Positions 51,001 to 63,610 of a stretch of DNA of 64,000 nt are shown here, piece after piece (the first letter of the stretch is position 1; every line of letters begins with the position of its first letter). Made by a program: the position numbers and the translations under genes. The notes beneath the pieces were generated by a model. It was not told the origin of the DNA and did no database searches. It saw nothing but the letters and a program-made list of their open reading frames with translations. The DNA is from Bugula neritina (taxonomy: Eukaryota; Animalia; Bryozoa), in NCBI GenBank assembly GCA_964035545.1, contig OZ037771.1:1437628-1501627 (forward strand), read 5' to 3'.

Positions 51001-54000
51001 TTCTGCTTTGTGTGTGTCTGGTAATAGTCGTATCTCTACTTGTTATGTGACTTACCTTGTGTTTTGTAGACCGCCCCGCTATATGGGAGATGGATTTGTG
51101 ATAGCTCAGTCTAACTCTGTTGATTTCTATTACTATTATGACGAGCCCGGGCTTGTACCTGTTGAACCAGAAGTCCTTCAGATGGCCAGTGGTGACACAT
51201 TCATACAGGTTAGTGACACATTCATACAGGTTAGTGACACATTCATACAGGTTAGTGACACATTCATACGGGTGGTAGGCATCTCCATGCAGGTGGCTGA
51301 AATCTCATGGTTTTCCTCACTCATTTGACATGGGACTTGTAATTCACTGATTTTCATTTGTACCCAATAACTTTTTTTTTGTGTAAATGATGTACTGTAA
51401 TGACCTTTCACCAAACTAGTGATGTGTTACACCTGTTCTTTCAATACTTTATTTTCTTTCACTTACTGGGCATCGTGTCATTTTCCCTTCAATAGATCTC
51501 CTGTTCAGCTATATAAACACTTTTATCTAGAGTACGTATCCAGAGTGGAAATGTGAAATCAAGTGTGGTAAAGGTTCTACTAGCAAGTCCTCAGGCTATG
51601 GTACCACCACCAACCTCAGCTATGGTCCTTGGGCTGATAGACAGAGGTTTGAATTTGTCTCCTAATACTAATGTGTGACATGGTCTTATGTTCACAATGG
51701 TCAGTAAAAGCCAGCTTAGGTCTTTACCTATGCATCATATCTTTAGAGTTAACTATGCCATTTAATAGAATTAAGTTGTCAGTGCAGCATAGAACGGTTG
51801 GTAGATACATATTGGGGGGAAAGATTAACCGCCCATGTTTTCTGTTTAGAGACGAGTCTATGACACTAGTTTCTTGTTGAACACATTTCAGTTACTTGTC
51901 TTTAGTATAGGCTACTTGTATTGATTCTCATATATATAACTCTGCATCTGTTAGAGACTACTTATACAAGTTCTTCTACCCACCCGACCATCAGACGATG
52001 GAGGTAATTCAACCACCGATACACAACCAGAAGAGAAAGCACAAGAAGCTAGACTTCAGTATGGTTGTGCTCGGAGATATCATGTTTGACATTCTCTTCA
52101 CTAAGGACACGGTGAGAGTCTGTAGCATACAATGTGTGTGTATGTGTTGCTGTTGTGTGAAGATACAGTGTGTGTGTAGCTGTTGTGTGTGTGTAAGTGT
52201 TGTGTGAAGGTACAGTGTGTATGTGTAGTTGTTGTGTGAAGATACAGTGTGTATATGTGTAGTTGTTGTGTGAAGATACAACATTTTTACTCTGCTGGAA
52301 CTTCAACTGACTAATCATTTGAATAGAGTAATTGTTTGTTCTGGTACATTTTTATTACTGCAATATTTTTATGGTGAAAGATCGTTATTCTTGTTGCTAT
52401 GGAAACCAACAGGAAACACAAGCCTTACACATACACGGAGGTGCCGGCTCCTGTATAGAGTGGACATTGCCCATGTTTATTGAGCAGACTGGATACAGAA
52501 GTGTGTTCACTGGGCAGATCCTCAGATGTGACATGACTACTAGTCTAGAAATGAGGAACTTTATACAGGTATGTTTACTTTCATACACTACTATATTATA
52601 CAGGTATGTTTACCTGCATATCGTACTTTAGAACCAATCGACCAATATGTATTGATTTACTTTCGAAAGAATTTACTTCATTGTAACTTCTGTATTGAAC
52701 TAGTCGGAGACGTTTAAGTATGAGGTGGACATTTCGTATCCTAGAGTGTGGAATGACGAACAAGATTGGCGGGTGAATATTACAGCCTGCAAAGTAAGTG
52801 ATGTGTACATGGAACTAAGTCTATTCTGTTTAATTTGACACACAGTTAGATATATTTAATTTGTATGCCAACGTGTTAAGACATCTGATTTGCTTAACAT
52901 TAGCTATGCTGTATTTTCTTCTACACAGCTGTTGTTATTGAATGCATTTTCTATAATTGTTTCACTTTTTGAAAATAATGTCTCTTTTAAATGTATGTGA
53001 GTATTTATATATCTCATACCTTATGTTTGTTGCATATTATATTTATTATATCTTATGTTTACTATATACTGTTATATATTATATGTATTATATTGTATAC
53101 TTGTCATCCCCCTTTGGTAGGCTAACGTATGGTTTCTATATGAGCATGTGAACTTCCTGTACGACCTCGCTGTCGACTGGAGTACGCCGCACACGGTCCC
53201 CGACATCTTCCAGTTCGTGCCGTACACGTGGCACATCAACCTCCTCTTCCAGGAGTTTGAACTTCTTCTACACGCCAGTGAATTCAACTGGATAGATACA
53301 TCTTCTGCTAAATCTGAGAGCAGTGAGTATCTTTCTACCTTCAAACTCAGAGAGTATAGATGGTCGCCTTCGGCGTGAATAAGCGACTATAGCTGTACAA
53401 TACTGTATCAACTTTGCAGACTAGTTTTAGGCCTTATTTTTGTCTAAAAAATCACATTAAATTCTGAAGCCTATATTTAAGTTAAGCAACGCCTCATGGT
53501 TTTGTATGCTATACTACTGCAGGTCAATTAGCCCTATGCGGAGATGTGCTGGATTGTGCCATTAAGTTACCATTCATTGAGTTTCTGCCAGAGACTGTGC
53601 CCTATACATTCTTCATTACTGGGGAGTTCCTAGAGGCCCGTCTTTACGTGCCGGAAACCAACACCAGCCAGGCTATCCTCGTAGCCCTGTCTCAGTCGGC
53701 TACTGTCACCAACAGAGATGGACACAAGCAGAAGGAGCCGTTTGGCTCCACTAATAAATGGAGACAGCTGACTAAACGAGAGTGAGCTGGCCTCTCCTTG
53801 TAGAATAAGCATCACATCTAAATAAACTTACCAGTGTGTCATGTATTTATGTGATTAGCGCAAAAAATAGGGCCATTATCTTCAGTAATGGTTGGTTTAG
53901 TTTTTGTTTTTCACAGTGTCTTGCTCAACCACAATGCTTCAATCGTTGTTATAGAGCTAGCAGTTACAATACGTGGCAGTACGTTATGCTGTACCATGTT

Positions 54001-57000
54001 CACATGTTTACAGGGATGGGTGGATTGATATAATGAGCACCCCTATACTAGCAGTGAACGTCTGCTATGAATACTATCCTATGTATGTTCTGACGGATAG
54101 CTCGTATGTCGAGTTGATAGACAATCTCGTAACACATCCCCACAATATACCTGAGAACTTCACCACACACAACGTAAGTCATTCCCCCTGTAAGTCATCT
54201 CTCCTGTAAGTCATTCCCCCTGTTAGTTATCCCCTCTGTAAGTCATTCCCCCTGTAAGTCATTCCCCTGAAAGTCATATCCCGGTAAGTCATCTCCCTTG
54301 TACATAGATGTAATTATTGACATATAAACTGTGCTGATAAATATGTTCATTAGAATAGACTGGATAACTTTTAGCTGTCAGTAGCTTAAGTTCCCGCATA
54401 TGTTGTGTTGAAGAACATGGATACGAGTGACAGACCCGCTGCAAAGGGTGTGTCTTCAGACACCAGCGTGGAGACACTAAGTGAAGAGCTCTCTAAAGCC
54501 TTAGATCCTGCATCACTGGACCCTCACAGAGTAACTGTTGAAATAGAAGTAGGATCCAGTGAGCTCATGCTATACGGGTGAGTGTTATCTGTAGTTGTAC
54601 AAACTGACCAACTGTTATCTGCGGCTTTCTTATTTACTTTACTTTCTGTGCTCTTTCGCAGCTCCATTCTGAAGTACTTCATGCAGTTCAAGGACAACTA
54701 CTTTGGCTACTACCAGAAGTTCACTACTATGCAGTCAGCGAATGACCGTTCTGCCCCCAACTCAGAGAAGAATGCTGATGTTGGGCCTAAGCCTCCCGAG
54801 AAGTTTGACCCGAGGCTATATAGAGCGATGGCAATTAAACTGTCTGTCTCACTGCACGATATTCACGGCCATCTTGTCAAGGTTTGACCTATTGCATTAT
54901 GTGTCATCTCAAACATAGCCTGCTAATATTCGTGTAATTTAGTTCTTATACAAATTATGTGCTGAATAATATAGTTTTTTTCAACTCCTGATTTATTAAT
55001 TTTTTTATTTATTGTTTTCTCACATTTGCTACAAGTCATAGCGCTTTCAACTTTTCCTGTTTTTTGTCTATTTGTAATCGACGTTAAGGAACTTCTGTTT
55101 CGTTCATGAATAAAACTGCTTGTCTTGTATAATAAGTGATCATATTTTTAACTCTTGTCCCCCTTCATGATAATGTGCATGTCATCTTTTATCTATCAAC
55201 TATCAAACATGACTTTATCTTCAGCACTGTATAGAGGATGACCCACCTTGTGCCAGCGTCTATATCGATAGACTAGCGTTTGAAATGGACAAGGATTATC
55301 AGGAAACCCATCTACAAGTGATTGTCTCCCCTGCAATGCTGCTCACTAAGGACAACATCAAGCGTCCTGCGAGTCAGCAGCACTTATCAGAAGGTCATGT
55401 GACCCTTTCCGGCTTACAGATGAGAGGTAAAGTACGCTTCTGTACACAGGATGTCACTTTGTGCTCAACTCAGATATATCTTCGTGACAAACTGACATCT
55501 TTTCTGACTTACTATTTATTCTGTATGAAGACACAGTGGTTGTCCCCTTGTGCACTGCAGAGTAAGGTGTTAGAGTCACTTTATAGTTTCAGACAATCTA
55601 TTAGATTATACTTTGTCAGGTCACGCAATGTTCTCTCACAAAGATCTTCCCTTGGAGGCTGAGACTCTGGAGTATGGCTGGTTGATTGAGTTGACTGTTG
55701 GGGACCTCAAGGTGGGCCCCCTCTCTACAGTTATAACCTGGCATAGAGTTTTAGCGCCTTTCCGCTTTTTATGTTTTTGGAATTTTTGTGGTTTTTATGT
55801 CATGTTATTAAAAATGTTATAAGTGTATGCAGAGCAACTGTGGGGCATCTGCTTATAAATATCATAATATGTCATTTGGTTAAACAATTCTCAATTTTCT
55901 CTTCAACAACCATGTGTCGTTTTAATAACGAAAGAACTAGATTTACATTCAAAATACGAATACAGCTTTTCTCGTGTAATTTAACACCAAAGCAGAAAAC
56001 AATTTCGGCCTGATGTTTTCGTATTTTAAAAGTTATGTTGTCCCCTTTTTCTTCTGCGCTTCATTTGCTGCTTCTGCTGCTGACAGGGTAAGCTCACGGT
56101 CTCCCAGCTCGAGCCCATCCTTCAGTTCCTGACGACAGCCATGTTCCTCATAGATGATGCGGAGAACCAGCTGCGCAGGTCTGTGGTGGAGAAGTGTCAG
56201 CATTACAATCCTCAGCCACAGTGCGCTCTCTCTTCCGAGGCTCTCAATGTCCCTGGCAAGGTGCGACAACTCCTTTAATATAACGAAATGGATCAGTGAT
56301 TGCTGTTAGTTACTGCACCTCCTGGGTACAGGGAAAACTCCTAAACTGTGTTACCCAACGCTCATATCAGACTTCTATTATTTTATGTATACAGCTTTGT
56401 ATTAAATACATTGTTATTAGTTGGGAAAAAGTTTGCCAGAAACAATTTAAATCAAGAATTTATTACCGAGTTTGAGTATGAACTGGTATTAAGTATAGTA
56501 TGCAGCAAGTATGAAACAAGATATACTCAAAATATTAGCTATTCTCGTTAATAATGTTTCTAGTCACAATTCTACATGATGTTCTCAAGTATTGCTTAAG
56601 GAAATTTTCTCAACTAGAAAACTAAAGTTGTGACTGGAAGCAGCTACCGGTATGCATATGTATTATAATATTTACACTGGCAATGATGTCTAGGTGATTC
56701 TTTGTCCCACTGAGGAAGATATAAAGTACAGAATGACCAGGGTTTCTATAGATCTCATTGAACTGTATTTAGTGGAATCCGGTGTGGCCCTTGAAGCTCA
56801 ACTCTATCCTCTAAGACTGTCTACCTGTAACCTACATGGTGAGTCTTCAGCATCTTGCTCTAGATCTCAATGTATATAGTGTAATGCAGACACCTGCTGT
56901 TCTGTGACACTCTGCAGTCACCTGCTGTTCTGTGACACTCTGCAGACACTTGCTGTACTGTGACACTCTATAGACACCTACTGTTCTTATATTCTGCAGT

Positions 57001-60000
57001 CACCTGCTGTTCTGTGACACTCTGCAGACACTTGCTGTACTGTGACACCATGCAGACATGTTGACATAATGTTATGTTCTGCTAACAGGTCGCACCAACA
57101 AGGCGGGAATCACCGGACTGGTAGAGCACGTACACCTCAAGCAGATGATCTACACCATATCCAGTCTGGAGGACAATTGGAACACTGGAGAACCTTGGCT
57201 TGAGGCCGGTCAGTGAGAGATAACTCCTCTAATTACTAGAGTTTGTTCGTGACCTTGCATTGTATAAGCTGATAGCAAACCATTCATACAAAACTGATAT
57301 CTATATTCTTGTTACTTAGTGTGTTTTTTAATTAAAGTCGAATAATTTTTAGTTATCGGTATTTTTCATTCTATATTGTATTATCTATATTTTTATATTA
57401 TGTTTTATTCTCTAATATATACTTTATATTGAGCATTTAATTGGCTAGGTTCGGTGAGTCTCGGACCAATCAATGTCGACGCAGCCACCTCATTGGCTCA
57501 GCCAGAGTTGCACTTCCTACAGAACTTGTTCTTGCAGAGACATGACAGAAAGACTAAAAGGCTTTGGTTCTTGTGGCCTGCTGGTGACATGGTATACTTT
57601 ATCTATATGTTGAATCTCTGCGCGAAAAGTAGCTAATTTTTGTCAGTTATTCTCTTTTATATTTAGCTTAATATTTAATGCAAACATTTCATTTTGTAGA
57701 AAGGCAGCGAGGAAGATGATATTGGTTATCTCCGGGAGAAGTGTGGCTGTCATGGCGGATGTGCCTTCTTTGGGAAGAATAGACAAGGTCCGGGGTTCTT
57801 CGACTTAATGAATTTATTTGATGTTCCCGCCGGGGTTGCCAGTATGAAGGTAAATAAGTCCTTTAGAGATCTATATCGGGCTCTGGTAAATGCATAGCAA
57901 GCTTGGTAGCATGGTTAACTCGGGCTGAAAGAAAAGGTGTAGGGTGGGTGTGACTATCAAAGTGTGGGTGTGGCTATCAAAGTGTGGGTGTGGCTATCAA
58001 AGTATGGGTGGGGTCAAAGACAGTATAGACGTAGCTGATAAAAGTGTGAAGTTGTGAAGTGACAAACTTACTCCGTAATCTTCTTACATTCACCATCTGC
58101 TACATATGCACCAGGAAGGAGGTGGTCACTAACGTGTAACCTCTGTGTGTCTTGTAGGTTATTCCGAAGATTTCATTTAACACTGGAGAAGACGCAGGCT
58201 ATGGTCAGAGTATTTTACAGAAAGATTCACTTGTCTTTGACTTGCCCAACCCCCTGAATAAACCCCCTACATTCAAACCAGGTATCCACCCCTGAACTAC
58301 AATATATGTGGCTCTGGAGTTTTCAGTTTCTTTCATTTTGTTTCACTTACTGTTACATCAAAGTGTCGGTAATATTTATAGTGTAGATAAACCTGCCGCT
58401 AGGTTTTGTTTTTATAACTCAGATTCTTCATTAAGTTTTTCATGTTTCCAGTTGATCCATTTGGTAATGAAGACGACGACTCTGAGACGCCTTTGATTGC
58501 GGGTGGTGTTGATGACGCCCCTGTCTCAACTATGTCTCCCAACTCAAGTGCTCAGTCTACGATCAGGCGCAAGTTCTCCAAGTTAGACATGGAGCACTCG
58601 GACAGTGACAGCAAGAGCATGAAGTCCGTGACGTTTGTGCAGAGTCCTGGTGAGTAACTGCTGCTGGTATGCTGTCGGCAGCATACTGTAACTCTCTCTT
58701 CAATCTACTAGCTTATTTTACTTAACATCTTCTATCCTCCTTAGAAAGTTAATTACTTATTTCAAGCAACATGGTTAAACAACTCATACAGTCGAATGTA
58801 GAGTGTAACAGAATTCAATTTTCCAGAATACTTTCACTTCTAAACAAAATCTAGCTTCAACTAATTAATTTATTTTCATCTCAGCATAATAGAATTATTC
58901 TTATGCTGCTTATTCTTATGCTCTCTGCTGGCCAGATTTTGTGAAACACAAACTTTCTAATAATAGAAAAAGTGATAAGTAGCAGAAAACCTCAAGTCTA
59001 GATTTGAGTCTATTTGATCATGTGGTGAGGCTGTTTGACTGGTTAGTTCTAAGGCTACATATGAAGTAGTAACTAGTAAGTATGCCAACCCTTACACTCA
59101 TGTTTCAGGTTATCCCCATCAGAATCTGCTGAGACCGAAACGTTACAGTTTGGATAAGAAAGGCCTGCTTGGTATTGAGAGAGCATCGGTTCTGTCTTCC
59201 AGTGATTCTGGAAGCTTCTACAGTGTTAGGAGTTCTCTTGTTGACGTCAACAGCGATCCCGCAAGGTGCTTATTTACCTGTTGACATATTCACATGACGA
59301 CAGATTTACCTGTAAACTCACCTGTATACAAACTTACCTGTAGACAGACTTACCTGTAGACAGATTTATCTGTAAACAAACTGACCCTAAACTAACTCCT
59401 TATCCAAACTATCCTCTGTATGTTATGGCGCCCACTGCATCTGTATTACATCTACTTCTTGTGCATAGATCGAGGGAGGAGATGATGATACGTCAGCAGA
59501 GTACAGTTAGCAGCAATTCCTTGTATGAGCTAGCCTCTAGTTACCCGGACGTCCCTCAAGTCCCCCTTGACAGTCGCAAGAGTGTCAGGTTAGATTTAAA
59601 GCTTTTTTAGAAACTAAGGTTTTAGACTCATGATATGATTATAATATAATGCTGCTACAGCGTCATACAAGGATTATAATTAGGTTATAATATATATAAT
59701 TATATTATAATATATATGATATAATATAATAATGTAATGATAAGGTGCCACAACTATGTAATATATCTGTAAGTTAGAAGTTGTCTGCAAGGAATCTATA
59801 CCATGTTGTATATGTTTCAGTCTGAATGGGCTGGAATCAATAACAACTCTGGAAGAAGATGAGAACATCAATGACAATGCGAGTAAACTGGGGCACCGTA
59901 GAAGGTCCCCCTCTGAGGACTCCTCCAGCTCACAGGCTACGATGTCAGCTTCAACTCTACACCCATCTGCCAGTCATGTTGGCCCCATCCTAGTCGATCT

Positions 60001-63000
60001 GCAAAGTGAGTTGTGTTTCCTTCTGTCATTAGACAGCTGCCTGAGTCACTGGTTTTAGCTGACAGGGAGGGAGGGGTCCAAGGTGTTACGTAAATGTTTT
60101 GTGTAAAGTCAACTAGTGTATAGCTGATTACACGTTAAACATTTTATTTATATCTTTTGCAGAATGTATTTTCACAATTTATCAGAAACTGTACGAGTAA
60201 GTGTAAGCAGGTCTCAAACATGTTAGCTATAAAACTACTGGTCCTTAAGCTAGTGCTGCTATGTAGTTCTTATCAGTTGCCATGGTAACCGTGCTCTGTT
60301 CCCACGTACAGCTCACATGAAGGAGCCGATAGTGAAGTCGTCTCTCCTGATGAACTGTTACCTAAAACACCTGACTCAGAGCCGCTGCTCTCATTGGATG
60401 AACCTACCTCAGCCACCGCACCACCACAAGCCGGTTCTGTCGCCAACCACTCCTATGGTGGATATAGTGGCCGCCATGGACCAGGAGCACCGCAGGTAAC
60501 TCTCTCTCTAAGCTCTATGCTGTGTGGTTTGTATGCGTGTATTATGTGAACTAAACTATAATCATACAGTTGTGGTAAGAGTGCCAGCTTAGTGAACATG
60601 AGGTCAGTGGTTTAAGTCTACACACCATTGGTCATGTTAGGAAGAGCATTCAGTCATAATTGCTCCATTGCCATAATAGTGAAAAATTCCTCAATCGTTT
60701 AAAAAAACTTTTTTATCAGATGTTGCAGCTGTTGACTTGTGTCAATTTTTTGATATAAATACCGTCCTATAAGTTCTGAGCTGTGCGGTATTCAACCTTG
60801 ACCTTTGCTCCTTGTAGACACATCCACTCGTACGAACCCGGAGACTGGACCCCTCAGTTCTCTAATGTCAGTCAAGGGTTTCACCCCGGACTATTTACCA
60901 TCAAGAAGGTAACCAGTCATAGTTGTGTTGTAAGACTACTTGACATTGAGAGCTTATTTCGTGACAAGCTTGTGCTTTATAATGGTACCTAAACGATTGC
61001 ATAGTCAGCAGGTTGTTTCAGTTGGATCAACTATTTAGTCAGCAATCAGTACAGCTGCTACATCTATTTTCTTTTGATTTGCTTCGTATGTTCAATATGT
61101 CGCCAGTTATGTTGTTTATAGCTGTCGCTAAGCAACGGTAAGCACACATCTCTAAAGAAACTATCTAGTAACTGTCTTCTTAATTCTGATATTCCACGAG
61201 ATGTTTTGTACTGTTTCAGAAAGTGTCTATGGCCTCACGAGCCAATGCATTCACTGACTCTACGGATGAGTATTCACAACAAGACGAGGCAGCGTCAGCA
61301 GACTCCTTTGTCTCCAACACCAGCTCTGATGGCGTGATGAACACGACAGCAATCTGTAAACTCAAGGGCTCCTTAGACATCCTCGTCTCTCCTCTAGCCT
61401 TAGAGGCTATTCAAAGGTGGGGAGGGCTGTGGTGTAGTACTGTAAAATTTCACCTAACATTGTATAGGCTTACTATTTTCTAGTATCTTCTCAATGTTAC
61501 AGTTTTTCCTTTACTGCAGCTGACAACGCCCATGTTTACATGTCAGTAGGCATTCTCACACATTGATGGGCGTGTCCACACATTGATGGGCGTGTCCACA
61601 CATTGATGGGCGTGTCCCCATACTTATTAAGTTGACACAGAGGTTTTCAGTCAAGGCTTTTGTTGTACACTATTTTTTTAATTTACAAAACAAAGAAAAA
61701 TTATCATTTTTCAAATTGTTTTTAAAATACTCTCGCCCTGTTCCAAACTTCCTCCAGTTTCCAGTACGTACGTACAGTGTGTATATAATGTAATTTCCAG
61801 TACGTACATACAGTGTGTATATAATGTGGTTTCCAGTACGTACATACAGTGTGTATATAATGTGGTTCCCAGTACGTACATACAGTGTGTATATAATGTG
61901 GTTTCCAGTACGTACATACAGTGTGTATATGATGTGGTCTGTTGTTTCCAGGTACATACAATGTTTATATTATGTAATCTATTGTTTACAGGTACATGCA
62001 GTGGTTATATTATGTACTATGTTGTTTATAGATACATAGAGTCGCTGACCCCGATAGTGAGTAACCTTCACCCTTCCTACGTTGTCGACCAGCTCCACGA
62101 TAAAGTCTCGTCAGATGTACAGGATCAGAATAAGATAAAGAAGCAGCTGGCTAAGCAGGTATAGCCATAGCCTTTGTTACTTGAGTAGTCTCTCAGGATA
62201 AGGGTAAGGTGCAAAGGCTACAGATAAACTCATCTTATTGTATTGTCTTCCCTCGCTGTAACACTCGATACTGTGTAGGAGACGCAAGGCATTCCGGAGC
62301 ACGTTCACGCTGAGGCAGCCGCCTTCGCCAAGGTCGGCGTGAAGATAAACTCTGAGAAACCGGCCGCCCACATGCTTCAGGAAAGTCGGGACTGGAGACT
62401 TCAGGTCATGTTCAAAATGTCTAAGGTAAGTCAGCTGGAAGTGATATCTCTCTGTATGCTGATGTAGGTCAACTGTAAGTAATATCTCTTTATATGCTAA
62501 ATAGGTCAACTTTATACTGAAGTAGATTAGTTGTGAGTCACATCCTATTTATTATTCCTGATATGTCTGTTCTGCCGTATCAATGATCTCCAAATCTACT
62601 CTACAGGTGAACGTCTGCATACTACAGTCATCATTGTCTGAGGACATCAACGTTGCAGTTAGCAAAGACAACATGAAAGACTTGGCTTGCGTCTCCATGC
62701 TGGCAGCTTGTTTCGATAACGTTTCGGCCACTCTGCTGCTGCACAACAAGTCTACCATCAACCCAGATGTGCTGCCTCAACTAGCTAGAGTGTAAGTATT
62801 CTACTCTCAACTAACTAGAGTGTAAGTATTCTACCCTCAACTAGCTAGAGTGTAAGTATTATACTCTCAACTAACTAGAGTGTATGTATTATACTCTCAA
62901 CTAACTAGAGTGTATGTATTATACTCTCAACTAACTAGAGTGTAAGTATTATACTCTCAACTAACTAGAGTGTAAGTATTCTACTCTCAACTAGCTAGAG

Positions 63001-63590
63001 TGTAAGTATTATACTCTCAACTAACTAGAGTGTAAGTATTCTACTCTCAACTAGCTAGAGTGTAAGTATTATACTCTCAACTAACTAGAGTGTAAGTATT
63101 CTACTCTCAACTAACTAGAGTGTAAGTATTATACTCTCAACTAACTAGAGTGTAAGTATTATACTCTCAACTAGCTAGAGTGTAAGTATTCTACTCTCAG
63201 CTAGCTAGAGTGTAAGTATTATACTCTCAACTAACTAGAGTGTAAGTATTATACTCTCAACTAACTACAAGAGTGTTACAGCAATTGCTGTGTGTGGCAA
63301 CTTTGGTCTTTTAGAGCAGACTGTGACTTGTTTTACTGGTACTCGGCTATTACTGGTTTCAATGCTCATACTCTTGTAAGCCGCACGCTATCAGCTAGCA
63401 CTGATGTCTTCAGGCAGAGCACTGCGAGTCATCTCTCACCTATCGAAGAGGAAGATGAGGAACCGTCTGAACAGAACACCGAAGAGCTCGTTGGTAATCT
63501 TCTGGTCTCAAGAGTTCATTTACAGTTTAGACGTCTTCAAGATGGCGACATCCCGAGGAATACTAAAGTAACGGCTATTCCTGAACACAG
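48018..63590 (+). CDS. BLTP1: Bridge-like lipid transfer protein 1 (KIAA1109/Tweek/Csf1 family), 5' portion; continues beyond the window
   Basis: About 35 exons from 48018-48160, 48613-48740, 49192-49297, 49534-49621, 49953-50156, 50477-50668, 51070-51208, 51531-51646 through 62608-62791 and about 63315-63590. Motifs: N-terminal TM IIWGVYITLYNSRVVG, GSFSISILGGKIMFRDVHYIT, FHVYNR, WRDLIPVIK, PPRYMGDGFV..YYYYDEPGLVP, YGPWADRQRDYLYKFFYP, CPTEEDIKYRMTR, FLQRHDRKTKRLWFLWP, CGCHGGCAFFG. Confidence 0.93.
49871..49958 (+). repeat. Triplicated splice acceptor (TATACACTGTAG|TTT)
   Basis: AGs at 49883, 49916 and 49952; the last is the real acceptor (exon FHVYNR). Confidence 0.85.
51192..51273 (+). repeat. 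21-bp repeat x4 straddling an exon/intron junction
   Basis: GTGACACATTCATACAG|GTTA units; donors at 51209, 51230 and 51251, degenerate at 51272. Confidence 0.95.
52115..52280 (+). repeat. Degenerate TG-rich about 33-bp repeat
   Basis: TGTGTGAAGATACAGTGTGT units right after the donor at 52112. Confidence 0.8.
54174..54298 (+). repeat. 16-bp repeat x8 beginning at a donor (GTAAGTCATTCCCCCT)
   Basis: The first unit is the real donor at 54174; copies at 54190, 54206, 54222, 54238, 54254 and 54284, degenerate at 54269. Confidence 0.9.
56885..57058 (+). repeat. 28-bp intronic repeat (TGCAGACACCTGCTGTTCTGTGACACTC)
   Basis: About 6 units filling most of the 56839-57088 intron. Confidence 0.9.
57943..58012 (+). 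repeat. 20-bp repeat x3 (GTGGGTGTGGCTATCAAAGT)
   Basis: Direct periodicity. Confidence 0.85.
59272..59375 (+). repeat. About 16-bp degenerate repeat with an ACTTACCTG core
   Basis: TTTACCTG/ACTCACCTG/ACTTACCTG copies directly after the donor at 59266. Confidence 0.8.
60566..60666 (+). mobile_element. tRNA-derived SINE-like repeat (copy C)
   Basis: Collinear with the reverse complement of 30066-30176 (GTGGTAA..TAGTRAACA..GGTCAGTG..ATGTTAGGAAGAGCATNCAGTCATAATTGCTC). Confidence 0.65.
61558..61618 (+). repeat. 20-bp repeat x3 (ACACATTGATGGGCGTGTCC)
   Basis: Direct periodicity. Confidence 0.9.
61757..62040 (+). repeat. 36/40-bp repeat grading into the real acceptor
   Basis: 36-bp units TTTCCAGTACGTACATACAGTGTGTATATAATGTGG, then 40-bp units GTTGTTTCCAG|GTACATAC (61941), ATTGTTTACAG|GTACATGC (61981) and GTTGTTTATAG|ATACATAG (62021, real acceptor). 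Confidence 0.9.
62776..63267 (+). repeat. 30-bp repeat x16 straddling an exon/intron junction
   Basis: CTCAACTAGCTAGAGT|GTAAGTATTCTACT; unit 1 is the last 16 exon nt plus the real donor at 62792. Confidence 0.95.
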
Positions 63591-63610
63591 GTAACGTCCA
63601 TTTGCTACTT

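Noticed and set aside
58282-58292. U12-type intron donor (GTATCC)
   Set aside because: Reads GTATCCACCC, lacking the GTATCCTT consensus; no TCCTTAAC branch box seen.
62776-63267. CRISPR-like appearance of the 30-36 bp arrays (also 643-1012 and 61757-61940)
   Set aside because: Head-to-tail units with no unique spacers, no cas genes, eukaryotic intronic context.
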